Numbered from the stretch's first letter, positions 42,298 through 54,743 are shown. The stretch is DNA of 64,000 nt from Nemertoderma westbladi (GCA_032718475.1 JAUCBJ010001100.1:1-64000); one strand, 5' to 3'. Numbers and translations: made by a program. Notes: generated from the sequence alone by a model not told the origin.

Positions 42298-43330
42298 TTG
42301 ACTGTACAATGATGACAAATTTAAATTGAGATAATAAGTTGGGGGTTTTAATTAGAATTGGTTGGAATTAATTACCAAATATATTAGCAAATTATTGAAT
42401 TTGAAGTACTTTCTTTCTTTGTATTTTAGTTGGCTAGTGTTAGCTTGCAACCCTACCGTTGCTATGTAACTTACTATTAACCAATTCTAATTAATTATCT
42501 GCGACTGTCAATGAACTTGATTATGAGATCTGAGTACAGTTCGTAGTTACAGCAACAAACTACTTTCCCTTGTTAAATTTGACATCTGATACCTCGTGTC
42601 GTATTTGCTCAGTTGTAATAACGCTGCATCTGTAAGAGTAAGGTATAGAGTTCGATCCCATCCACAGTCCTTGGTATTTTTGTACATCCCAAAGTATAAA
42701 ATATTTCACACTGGTGAACAGATGATGATACCAATTAATACACACTATATTAGCTTGGTTTGCAAGCTTTGAATATACTTTACATGCACTACCATCTGAT
42801 GTTCACTTATTGCATTTTTTATTACTGATGTTACGGACATTATTTAGCTTACTCATATTCCTACTTCTTTAAATACTAAAGTCAAAACCAAACTAAACAA
42901 CTAACTGAAAACCCAGTATGAATCCATATTCAAGTAATATACTGGTCCCCCCCCCCCCCCCCCCCCACAAGTAACTAAATAATGGCGAATACGAAAATGT
43001 GCACCGTTAAACAAAACATTAAACAATTAAATAATCATTATTACACACATAATTTAAAGAGAAAATATTAGAAAAAAAATTAGAAAACAAAATATCGAAT
43101 GGTGGGAGTAAATTTTGAAAAGTGTGTTTTTTAACTGGTTTTTAATAGGAAAATTAAATCAAATATATGTCAATTGTAAGTGAAATTGATTAAAATGATT
43201 ATTCTGAACAGAATAGTTCCAAAATCAGCACAAAACATCTACACTCACAGATGTATATGGACAAAAGCTGCTAATCATTTTCACATTGTTATACAATAAT
43301 GGGGGTGTTTTTGTTTGTATATTTCTACAA
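42298..43330 (+). repeat. Segmental duplication, paralogue of 38704-39930; lies just upstream of the first visible exon
   Basis: Same landmarks in same order; near-identical minus-strand ORF-track peptides at 38960 and 42560. Confidence 0.88.
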
Positions 43331-43430
43331 ATAATGTTTGTATATATAACAAACATATATTTTTTTTTATCTGTTATGAAATAAAATGTCATAATTAAAT
43401 TAAGTTAAATTATTACAATACATTTACTAG

Positions 43431-43589
43431 GAACTGGATGAGAGTGGTGTCTCTAAGTTACAAGATATGGTAGACGATGTTAATGTTACTATCTGGGATC
43501 ACCTTAATAAAGATCTTGGTGCCTTTGATATGCGACTAATGACAATGGAAAGCCTTGTTAATGAAACATTGGACACTGTTGCTCTTATT
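43431..43589 (+). CDS. Internal coding exon (53 codons, phase 0-0) of an unidentified host gene
   Basis: TTTACTAG acceptor, open frame ELDESGVSKLQDMVDDVNVTIWDHLNKDLGAFDMRLMTMESLVNETLDTVALI, GTAAGT donor. Confidence 0.7.
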
Positions 43590-43911
43590 GTAAGTACTGT
43601 ATAGCGAGAAAGACAGGATGATACAGACACACGACCAAGAGTGTGCAAGCTGTAACGCTGATCGAGTCGAACTGTAATCTTATCAAGTGCTACACGACTC
43701 TACCTAAAGTTTAGAGTATGTCATTTTGTGTATTGCAATATATTTAGCTACCAGTACCGTGGAAAATGAAAGTAATTGGTAGGCGTCCGGTACCGGTGTA
43801 CTGCTATGCTGTGTTTATGATTAATAAGCCTACATCATGCTCTTCCAACGTTGTTTCATTATAATTATTTATATTTCCGAATTAGGGTTGTATTTTTATG
43901 TTTTTTTTTAG

Positions 43912-44023
43912 GTTAACCGCCATTCTACTCGCGTCGCCCCTACAACTCTAAGCTCAGCTGTAGGAACTAATACATCTGGTCTGGTACCCATACCGGATGA
44001 CGTCACTAATACACATACGACAG
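43912..44023 (+). CDS. Internal coding exon (112 bp, phase 0-1), Ser/Thr-rich
   Basis: Poly-T+AG acceptor, VNRHSTRVAPTTLSSAVGTNTSGLVPIPDDVTNTHTT, CAG|GTGAGT donor; phase matches both neighbours. Confidence 0.75.
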
Positions 44024-44386
44024 GTGAGTCGTCGTATTTATGTAGGATGGTTTAAATTTAAAATAAACCTTATTGTCCATTTAAATCTCTCATTATTTCA
44101 GTTTTTACTTTTTTCAAAGAGTTATTTACCATAAGCATAGCTAAGTCGACTATCTGACAGTCAATAAATTTTCCAAGTTTTAATGTTTCGCTACAGGCAC
44201 ATGGTGAAACCAGCTGTCTGATAGTCCGGAAATCATAAATAACTGTAGGTCGAGGCGACACGTTGACTGTCTGTAGTTGTGGTTGTGGCATTGTTTCCAG
44301 GACCCACTAGCTAAGTTCTAACTAAGCCTTTCCGTTGATCGAACTACCCGGCCGGTACGTCCAATTTATAATCTATTATATTTCAG

Positions 44387-44574
44387 ATGAAGTGATGACT
44401 TTATCGGGTACCGCAGATTCAACATTGAGTAATTCGTCAGAGAATAATGTTGGGCCAACCGGAACGGATGGGCTGCCAATCCATGTTGATAATTCTACAG
44501 ACTCTGAGTTATCGACAACAGAATCAACTACATCTGCTACATCTAGTAGTAGTTCGAGTACAACAGCGGAGTAA
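44387..44574 (+). CDS. Terminal coding exon, Ser/Thr/acidic mucin-like tail
   Basis: TATTTCAG acceptor; G|AT completes Asp in frame to EVMTLSGTADSTLSNSS...SSSSSTTAE-TAA; AATAAA at 44599 and 44751. Confidence 0.75.
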
Positions 44575-45486
44575 CCGGGGACTGTTCCCTCTAACGATAA
44601 TAAACAGTTCATTTATATTAGAATTCCCTATTTTATGTTTATTAATATTTCCTTATTAATTATTCAATTTTATTTTTCCTTTGAAATAACGTTTTTGTGC
44701 AATTTGTGCATTTAATCGTTAGTTTTATTCGCCTCAATTCTTATTATGCCAATAAATTATTTTAATATAAATTAGTTTTTTTTATTGTTGTAATGCACTG
44801 GAGAGGAAGACTGCTTTATTATCTTATTTAGTCTGTTTGGGAGCATTTCGCAGCATAAATAAAGTTTTACAGCCCGAAAATTTATATCTTATAATCTGTC
44901 TGTACATATACTAATTCTTTCGTTTATTGTTTTGGTTTGATCCAGCCCTTATGTAACCTGGGTTATTAGTGAAAACCTCACATTCTTCACATTGGGGTTA
45001 ACAGCAGTAAGTTTGGCATACTTCACATGGGCACAAAGCCGCGCCAAATCACGTCTTCTCGAGCACTCAGGGGTGGGTTATTGACTGGCCGACGTGCTAT
45101 TGGTGACGGGATTACATTATGTTTTTGGATTACATAACACCTCATTGCAGTGTGTGTGTGTTGGCAAATATACCAAAGGGCTAACTTTGCAAGCTCTTTT
45201 TCCGCTATTGTGCTAACTTTTCCAAAGTGCTAACTCAAAGTGCTAACTCGTGGTCCTTGCAATCTGAAACTTTGTCAAAACGTTTTTTAGACCATTTCCC
45301 ACAAGTTAGCATTTTACCACTTTTGCAGTCCAGTGTGTCATGTGTATGAAAAACTTGGCCCCCCTTAGCGGCATTATGGGAACTGGTACTTTTCAAACAC
45401 ACTTAAACACTCAAGAGTATGGAATGGCCATAATGCTAACTTACAAACACACTTCTTACACTTACATTCCATTTGTACCAACTACC

Positions 45487-45740
45487 AAGTGCTAAATGAT
45501 TATAAGACCGCAAATACCCTAATACGCTAACTCGCTGAATGTTAATTGCGAATACCCCTCCGTTTCGCGAATAGCCAATTGTACACGTATAACCTAATAA
45601 TAAAAGCGTTTTGCACAAACTGCGGGGGCGCTAAAGTCTTAACTTATTACTTTTAGATAGTCTTTGAAAGTACTCTATACAAAGTCCTAACCCGATAACT
45701 GTGTATTGTCATGGAAACGTAATGGTTTCTTACCTGGACA
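45487..45740 (+). repeat. Diverged paralogue of 46730-46950 (partial third copy from 48482)
   Basis: AAGTGCTAAATGATT..AAGACCG, GCGAATACCCCTC, GCGCTAAAGTC, TACAAAGTCCTAACCCGATAA and CTTACCTGGACAT shared in order. Confidence 0.8.
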
Positions 45741-46836
45741 TCCATACAATGTATTTCCATTTATTGCACAGGCGACATATTATTATGTAGTGAGTGATTG
45801 CCGTGGAATGGAAATACCTAGATATATTGACAATCGTTATTTCAAAATTCATCCGGTCTAATTGTTGAGATACCCCAAATTGAGGTTCTAAATTTGTGAA
45901 AATATTAGTGAAACAATTTTATGGTTAAAGAGAAAACTCTATTTGTTTTTATGTAGAGTAATGCGTAATTTTATTCCACAAAGTTGCCTTTTCTTTTATA
46001 GCAGGTAAATTGCAATAATTAGTGCATTATAGGCGTACCTAAACGTGCGCTATTTTTATGAAAATTAACAACTTCTCGATGTGGTGATATCCTCGTAACG
46101 CAGCTAAGTAATAATCACTAACTTAGTAACAATAAACTTCTATAACAAATATTGATAGTATTTCCCATTACTGATAACCATTGATTGTAGGCGAAGTGTA
46201 AGTTTAGTTGATGTACCAACTGCAATTAATTGCATAAAAAGGATATGAATTTCATTAATATTCCTAAACATTACAATATTAACGCTAATCATTAAGCATT
46301 CAGAACGCCCTTAAATTGACACAATTTAACAAAATGGCACCATTTTGTGAAAAGGGCACTGTCAACGTATATGAATGAATGACCCTTGTATATTTATGGA
46401 AACATCCCTCGCCACCCTCGCTCGGTACATAAATACTGCTTATGTGAAACCTTTCACACAATCATGTAAAATAGTTATAGTTTCACTTTTATCAATTTAC
46501 AATATTTGCAGGAAATAATAATACAATTCAATCATTATTCGTGTAACATCAGTTATAAATCGGTAAAATATGAAAGTTCGTTTACATAACTCATTACGTC
46601 GGTTTTTCTGTCTTTTATCGTCTGCTATATTTTAATTTTTTTTACCTATTATCAATAATGTTTTTTACTTTCTCTCGTGTTATTTTAATTTTCGTTGGTT
46701 AGTCAATCACACTTATATTCAATTTGTACTAAGTGCTAAATGATTGTAAGACCGAAAATATTGATTGCGAATACCCCTCAGTTTCGCAAATAACCAATTT
46801 CACATCGAACACAAAAATAAAACCGTTTGCATAAAC

Positions 46837-49800
46837 TCCGGGAGCGCTAAAGTCCTAACTTATACTTTCTTTTGAAAGTACTTTATACAAAGTCCTAACC
46901 CGATAATTTTGTATTGTCATGGAAACCTAATGGTTTCTTACCTGGACATTGACAACTAGTCTAATGAAACATAGGCAAACCGAAATTTATTCCCAGACTG
47001 AAACGAATAAGAATGGTGAAATGGAAAACTTACACATACGGTGTAGATAGACAATCGTTTATAGGATATTTCCTCGTTTCGTCTATTGTTGAGATATAAT
47101 AAAATACATAAAACACAAACTCAAACTGTGGCAAATTTAATTTGGGTTGTAAATTGGTGAAATTAGTTAGTGAAACAATAAATATAATATGCGTCAGATT
47201 AATAATTAACAATTGTTAAAATTCAAAAAAATTAAAATTCACTATAATGATAGGCTGCTCAGAGTAACTTAAACCCACATAAATAATTCCCTTGAGTGAA
47301 TTCTATCCGCGTAGGAGAAATTAAATATAAAAATGTTAATTATGCGATCATTTTAGACATTTTGATCTTATGAAAAGATAATGAAAGGAGTCATAGTGAA
47401 ATTATCATATTAAAGCAACGTTTCAAAACCAATCCGGATAATTCTAAAGTGCCGGGGGAAAATAAATTAACACAGTCCAAGAATTGGAGCCGCACCTAAT
47501 TAATATATCGTGGACACTGATAAAACACAAGATATACTGTATAATAATAATTTTGATGAAAAATATGAAGCATTAGTTGCATCATTAACTGAAATATGAC
47601 TCATCTCATTGCACTTATTCAAATGAATAGCCTTCAATTATTATATAGGAGCTACAGCAATTATGATATTTTGTATCTCTTAGAATTTTCCCAGGAGTCT
47701 TTTTCCCAAGTTTTGTTTTGAATCCGTTACTGTAAAATGATGATCCATTACCAAATTTAATATAACATTCCCTTGCAATAAATAGACCTATATACTGATC
47801 TGAAATTTTCAAAACCAAGTTTCATATCGTCACTACTGTAATCTTTGACAAGTTTTTCTGAAAAATGAAAAATCAGGTATCCCGAATGCCAACTAGCTAG
47901 GATCGGCATGCTGCATTGCAGCTGCATTTTTAAAAATGCTGTGCCGGCTTGTCGACAAAATTGCGCCGCCACAACTCCCTATCACCCATGCAGGGTTGTT
48001 TGAATTAAATCATTTGATTTAAATCATTGATTTAAATCATGATTTAAATCACATATAAAAATAAAAAAAAAATCAGATAGTTTTGATTTTTTTAAAATCA
48101 TGAATTTTATCAACCATGCTTTAAGGCCAGGATAAACATTGCATTACTGATTATTAATATATGATTCAAATTACCTAAATATTTACATGAAAATACAGTA
48201 TCATCTCGCATTTCCAATACCATACAGTATTCACAGGCCCATTAATTAAGTTGTACTTTAGAGTTCTATTCAGTTTGTTGTTTATTTAGTTTATATTCGA
48301 ATTCAGACTTTTCGGGATTTCCGGGATCGGGACCGGGATTATTCCTCTCGAGATCCCGTTTTACGGGATCGGTATTGCAATTTTGGATTAAATTCATCAA
48401 AGTTAATAGTATATGAGGCAGGTTTTCAGTAACACTCACTTTATTTTACACTTCTGAAATATTAGTAAGATAAAGTTAAAGTCCGGGAGCGCTAAAGTCC
48501 TAACTTATACTTTCTTTTGAAAGTACTTTATACAAAGTCCTAACCCGATAATTTTGTATTGTCATGGAAACCTAATGGTTTCTTACCTGGACATTGACAA
48601 CTAGTCTAATGAAACATAGGCAAACCGAAATTTATTCCCAGACTGAAACGAATAAGAATGGTGAAATGGAAAACTTACACATAGATAGACAATCGTTATT
48701 TAGAATATTTCCTCGTTTCGTCTATTGTTGAGATATAATAAAATACATAAAACACAAACTCAAACTGTGGCAAATTTAATTTGGGTTGTAAATTGGTGAA
48801 ATTAGTTAGTGAAACAATAAATATAATATGCGTCAGATTAATAATTAACAATTGTTAAAATTCCAAACCATTAAAATTCACTATAATGATAGGCTGCTCA
48901 GAGTAACTTAAACCCACATAAATAATTCCCTTGAGTGAATTCTATCCGCGTAGGAGAAATTAAATATAAAAATGTTAATTATGCGATCATTTTAGAAATT
49001 TTGATCTTATGAAAAGATAATGAAAGGAGTCATAGTGAAATTATCATATTAAAGCAACGTTTCAAAACCAATCCGGATAATTCTAAAGTGCCGGGGGAAA
49101 ATAAATTAACACAGTCCAAGAATTGGAGCCGCACCTAACTAATATATCGTGGACACTGATAAAACACAAGATATACTGTATAATAATAATTTTGATGAAA
49201 AATATGAAGCATTAGTTGCATCATTAACTGAAATATGACTCATCTCATTGCACTGATTCAAATGAATAGCCTTGAATTATTATATAGGAGCTACGGCAAT
49301 TTTGATATTTTGTATCTCTTAGAATTTTCCCAGGAGTCTTTTTCCCAAGTTTTGTTTTGAATCCGTTACTGTAAAATGATGATCCATTACCAAATTTAAT
49401 ATAACATTCCCTTGCAATAAATAGACCTATAAACTGATCTGAAATTTTCAAAACCAAGTTTCATATCGTCACTACTGTAATCTTTGACAAGTTTTTCTGA
49501 TAAATGAAAAATCAGGTATCCCGAATGCCAACTAGCTAGGATCGGCATGCTGCATTGCAGCTGCATTTTTAAAAATGCTGTGCCGGCTTGTCGACAAAAT
49601 TGCGCCGCCACAACTCCCTATCACCCATGCAGGGTTGTTTGAATTAAATCATTTGATTTAAATCATTGATTTAAATCATGATTTAAATCACATATAAAAA
49701 TAAAAAAAAATCAGATAGTTTTGATTTTTTTAAAATCATGAATTTTATCAATCATGCTTTAAGGCCAGGATAAACATTGCATTACTGATTATTAATAAAT

Positions 49801-50118
49801 GATTCAAATTACCTAAATATTTACATGAAAATACAGTATCATCTCGCATTTCCAATACCATACAGTATTCACAGGCCCATTAATTAAGTTGTACTTTAGA
49901 GTTCTATTCAGTTTGTTGTTTATTTAGTTTATATTCGAATTCAGACTTTTCGGGATTTCCGGGATCGGGACCGGGATTATTCCTCTCGAGATCCCGTTTT
50001 ACGGGATCGGTATTGCAATTTTGGATTAAATTCATCAAAGTTAATAGTATATGAGGCAGGTTTTCAGTAACACTCACTTTATTTTAAACTTTTCTGAAAT
50101 ATTAGTAAGATAAAGTTA
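46837..50118 (+). repeat. Direct tandem duplication of ~1.64 kb (46837-48478 and 48482-50118)
   Basis: Both copies start TCCGGGAGCGCTAAAGTCC and end ATTAGTAAGATAAAGTTA; few substitutions/indels; each carries the RTE 3' tail and the hAT left end. Confidence 0.95.
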
Positions 50119-50909
50119 TATTAAAATTATCTTATAATTGATTACTGGATGGTTTACTGAAATAAAAATTAGATATAATCAAATCATTTCCGTTCTGCTG
50201 GAACTTTTTTTAGATGTTCAACAAATTTATTTAACCATTTAAACTTCGGGATCCCGTTTCAAAAAAGTCGGAATTGAGATTCGATATTTCGCTGGGATCC
50301 CGGTTTTTCGGTTTTTTTTAAACATTAGTGCATTGATGAAGCCAGAAGTCTTCCGATTGTTTAAATATAAAATCTGATTTAAATAAAAAAATCTGATTTA
50401 AATAAGAAAAAAGTGATTTAAATGGGTGACTACAAAACAAAGACCAAAGACCTAAATAATAAAGACCTGCATAATCTTTGAAACATGTGTTAACTTTCGT
50501 TTATTGTTTTGGTTCCCCCAACAAGCCTCTGTAACATGCTCCTTTACTAACCTGTTCCTTTAAATGCAATGTAACCTAACGCTCTTTGGCACCTGTACAA
50601 AACAAAGATATAAAGTCGCGTTACGTCCTAAAGGGGATTAGGTCCCATTGCCATATAGCGTTAGGTCCCATTGCCATTTACAGGAGCAGGTTAGTAAAGG
50701 AGCAGGTTACAGAGGCGTGTTTGGGGAACCAAAACAATAAACGAAAGTTAACACATGTGTTTCATACAGGTCTTTGTTATTTGGGTCTTTGCTTTTTAGT
50801 CACCCGATTTAAATGAAAAAAAATCTGATTTAAATCAAATAAATCTGATTTAAATCAAAAAAATCTGATTTTTTTGATTAAAAAAAAATCATGATTTTTA
50901 TCAACCCTG
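49630..50909. mobile_element. Non-autonomous hAT-type DNA transposon (truncated left-end copy at 47991-48478)
   Basis: TIR CAGGGTTG...CAACCCTG; 8-bp TSD CACCCATG at 49622-49629 and 50910-50917; empty site (CATGGGTG once) in the paralogous RTE arm near 52543; subterminal GATTTAAATC and CGGGAT motifs. Confidence 0.9.
50424..50805. mobile_element. 382-bp palindromic MITE (Mutator-like if the 9-bp TSD is real) nested in the hAT element
   Basis: Ends GGGTGACTA...TAGTCACCC; long imperfect inverted arms (AAACATGTGTTAACTTTCGTTTATTGTTTTGGTTCCCC and its reverse complement); GATTTAAAT on both sides (50415-50423, 50806-50814). Confidence 0.82.
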
Positions 50910-51435
50910 CACCCATGACATTTGCTAGATCATCCGCATCTTCAAGGCCAGTGTCCTTTAAGATGCGTCTCAAGAAAGTCATGGGCTGTCCACCATGCTT
51001 ATTCAGTCCATGAGGCTGCCAAAGTATAAGTTTATGCACTGGCTGGTCCTCACGGTGAAAGCAATGTCCTGCAAAGCGGAGGCGATTTTGTTCTAGTGTC
51101 AAGCTTGGGGGAACCAATGAGACACCTCCAATGTTATATAGTGTCTGGTTGGAGATGTGTGCATTGTACTTGACACAATGTACCCGGCGTAGCATTCTTG
51201 TAAATGTGCCATCCAGAGATTTGGTGTCCTCAGCAGTTAGAGCCCAACATGGACTCTCATAGAGAGGTACTGGAACTACTGCTGCTCTAAATAATCGGAC
51301 CTTAAGTTTCCGATTAATTCTCGGTGACTTCCAAATCCTGCAAAGCATATTCAAGGCTGCCCAATGCTTTCCCTTACGTATTCGACGGTCCTCATCTGAC
51401 TTCCGGATCCATGATCCCAGGTAACAGAAGTCGTC

Positions 51436-52645
51436 GATAATTGAAGAATATAAAAAAAGAACGACAGGCATCTGGCTGTTATCTTTGTTGACTTCTTCAA
51501 GGCCTTTGATTCAGTCTCTCGCTCACGTATGTTCAGCATACTTTCATTATATGGGATTCCTGATGAAATTATTGCAGCAATCAGATGAGTATACGATGGT
51601 TCGACAACATTTGTGTCTACTGTTGACGGTGACACAGAACCATTTGAAGTGTTATGGGTCGTCCTCCAAGGAGACACACTTGCACCATTCTTGTTCATTA
51701 TTGTGGTTGACTATGTTCTACGCATGTCCTTAGATCATCATAATGATGATGGGGTGATGATAACTCCACCTACTGGCTCCAGAAGTCGAGGAAATCCTGC
51801 CAAGTACCTAACTAATCTAGACTTTGCTGATGACTTAGGAGTACTCTCAGAATCATTATAGGGAGCCAAACGGCTCCTCAGCTCATTAGAACATGCTGCT
51901 TCTAGTGTTGGTCTTTTTATTAACTCCAGAAAGACCAAAATTTTGACAGTTAACTTTGAAAGTCCTCAGCAAGTCTCTGATCGGATGAGCATAAGCTCAA
52001 AGGATGGTATGCTTGAGCATGTGGACGACTTCTGTTACCTGGGATCATGGATCCGGAAGTCAGGTGAGGACCTTCGAATACGTAAGGGAAAGGCATGGGC
52101 AGCCTTGAATAGGCTTTCCAGGATTTGCAAGTCACCTAGAATTAATCGGAAACTTAAGGTCCGATTATTTAGAGCAGCAGTAGTTCCAGTACTCCTCTAT
52201 GGGAGTCCATGCTGGGCTCTAACTGCTGAGGACACCAAATCTCTGGATGGCACATTCACAAGAATGCTACGCCGGATTCATTGTGTCAAGTACAATGCAC
52301 ACATCTCCAACCAGACACTATATAACATTGGAGGTGTCTCATTGGTTCCCCCAAGCTTGACACTAGAACAAAATCGCCTCCGCTTTGCAGGACATTGCTT
52401 TCGCCGTGAGGATCAGCCAGTGCATAATCTTGTACTTTGGCAGCCTCATGGAGTGAATAAGCATGGTGGACAGCCCATGACTTTCTTGAGACGCATCTTA
52501 AAGGACACTGGCCTTGAAGATGCGGATGATCTAGCAAATGTCATGGGTGATAGGGAGTTGTGGCGGTGCAATTTTGTTGACAAGCCGGCACAGCATTCTT
52601 AAAAATGCAGCTGCAATGCAGCATGCCGATCCTAGTAGTAGTAGT
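51436..52645 (+). pseudogene. RTE-clade reverse transcriptase (domains ~3-7 and C-terminus) with in-frame stops, plus 3' tail
   Basis: FVDFFKAFDS, VLQGDTLAPFLFIIVVDYVLR, LDFADDL, FCYLGSWI, RLRFAGHCFR; stops near 51587 and 51859; ends in (TAG)n tail typical of RTE elements. Confidence 0.93.
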
Positions 52646-52960
52646 GTCGAACCATCGTATACTGATCTGTTTGCTGCAATAATTTCATCAGGAATCCCAT
52701 ATAATGAAAGTATGCTGAACATACGTGAGAGAGAGACTGAATCAAAGGCCTTGAAGAAGTCAACAAAGATAACAGCCAGATGCCTATCTTTCTTTTTTGA
52801 TAACTCTTCAATTATCCTTCGGGTATCCTATGGGCTCCATGGTCCCACGAATGCCGAATTGGCCGAATGCCAAAATAAGGATCACGAGACGAATTACAGA
52901 AATGCTGAAATGTTTGATCCTGTTTAAACACTTAGTTAGTAGGCCTACAACATGAATAAA

Positions 52961-54561
52961 CCATGCAGTTAGGTAGGTGTATAATAATACTTTTCGGGTT
53001 TGCAATTAGCACAACAATAATTTGACCATGCAGTTAGGTGTATAATAATACTGTTCGGGTTTGCAGTTAGCACAACATTAATTAGACCTTGCAGTTAGGT
53101 GTATAGTAATACTGTTCGGGTTTGCAGTTAGCACAACATTAATTAGACCTTGCAGTTAGGTGTATAATAATACTCTTCAGGTTTGCAGTTAGCACAACAT
53201 TAATTTGACCATGCAGTTAGGTGTATAATAATATTGTTCGGGTTTGCAGTTAGCACAACATTAATTTGACCATGCAGTTAGGTGTATAATAATATTGTTC
53301 GGGTTTGCAGTTAGCACAACATTAATTTGACCATGCAGTTAGGTGTATAATAATATTGTTCGGGTTTGCAGTTAGCACAACATTAATTAGACCTTGCAGT
53401 TAGGTGTATAGTAATACTGTTCGGGTTTGCAGTTAGCACAACATTAATTTGACCATGCAGTCAGGTGTATAGTAATACTGTTCGGGTTTGCAATTAGCAC
53501 AACATTAATTTAACCATGCAGTTAGGTGTATAATAATATTGTTCGGGTTTGCAGTTAGCACAACATTAATTAGACCTTGCAGTTAGGTGTATAGTAATAC
53601 TGTTCGGGTTTGCAGTTAGCACAACATTAATTTGACCATGCAGTCAGGTGTATAGTAATACTGTTCGGGTTTGCAATTAGCACAACATTAATTTAACCAT
53701 GCAGTTAGGTGTATAATAATATTGTTCGGGTTTGCAGTTAGCACAACATTAATTAGACCTTGCAGTTAGGTGTATAGTAATACTGTTCGGGTTTGCAGTT
53801 AGCACAACATTAATTAGACCTTGCAGTTAGGTGTATAATAATACTCTTCAGGTTTGCAGTTAGCACAACATTAATTTGACCATGCAGTTAGGTGTATAAT
53901 AATATTGTTCGGGTTTGCAGTTAGCACAACATTAATTAGACCTTGCAGTTAGGTGTATAGTAATACTGTTCGGGTTTGCAGTTAGCACAACATTAATTTG
54001 ACCATGCAGTTAGGTGTATAGTAATACTCTTCAGGTTTGCAGTTAGCACAACATTAATAGACAATGCAGTTAGGTGTATAATAATATTGTTCGGGTTTGC
54101 AGTTAGCACAACATTAATTTGACCATGCAGTTAGGTGTATAATAATATTGTTCGGGTTTGCAGTTAGCACAACATTAATTAGACCTTGCAGTTAGGTGTA
54201 TAGTAATACTGTTCGGGTTTGCAGTTAGCACAACATTAATTTGACCATGCAGTTAGGTGTATAGTAATACTGTTCGGGTTTGCAGTTAGCACAACATTAA
54301 TTTGACCATGCAGTTAGGTGTATAATAATATTGTTCGGGTTTGCAGTTAGCACAACATTAATTAGACCTTGCAGTTAGGTGTATAGTAATACTGTTCGGG
54401 TTTGCAGTTAGCACAACATTAATTTGACCATGCAGTTAGGTGTATAGTAATACTGTTCGGGTTTGCAGTTAGCACAACATTAATTAGACCTTGCAGTTAG
54501 GTGTATAGTAATACTGTTCAGGTTTGCAGTTAGCGCAACATTAATATACAATGCAGTTAGG
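52961..54561. repeat. 61-bp tandem satellite, ~26 copies
   Basis: Unit TGCAGTTAGGTGTATAATAATATTGTTCGGGTTTGCAGTTAGCACAACATTAATTTGACCA; register shifts 1 base per 60-bp line; TGCAGTTAG occurs twice per unit. Confidence 0.96.
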
Positions 54562-54717
54562 GCTATGGTATATGTGTAGTCTTTACCACCCTTGTACTCT
54601 AGCGACCTTCCAGAGAATTTGATAGTTAGGTGTATAGTTGATTTGCATGCGTCTGGAACAGTTAGCACTTTGGACGAAAAAGAGCACGTTAGCGTTTCGA
54701 GTGGTTTGCCGGTATAC

Positions 54718-54743
54718 GTGTGTGTGTGTGTGTGTGTTGGGGG

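Larger units (their letters stand above)
49532..52862 (-). mobile_element. 5'-truncated RTE-clade LINE insertion, internally inverted/duplicated and interrupted by hAT
   Basis: 3' tail 49532-49629 (-), RT C-terminus 50910-51435 (-), 5' RT piece 52645-~52845 (-); candidate TSD CCGAATGCCAA at 49521-49531 and 52863-52873. Confidence 0.8.

Noticed and set aside
52961-54561. Telomeric repeat array
   Set aside because: Contains isolated TTAGG words within a 61-bp unit, not tandem TTAGGG/TTAGG
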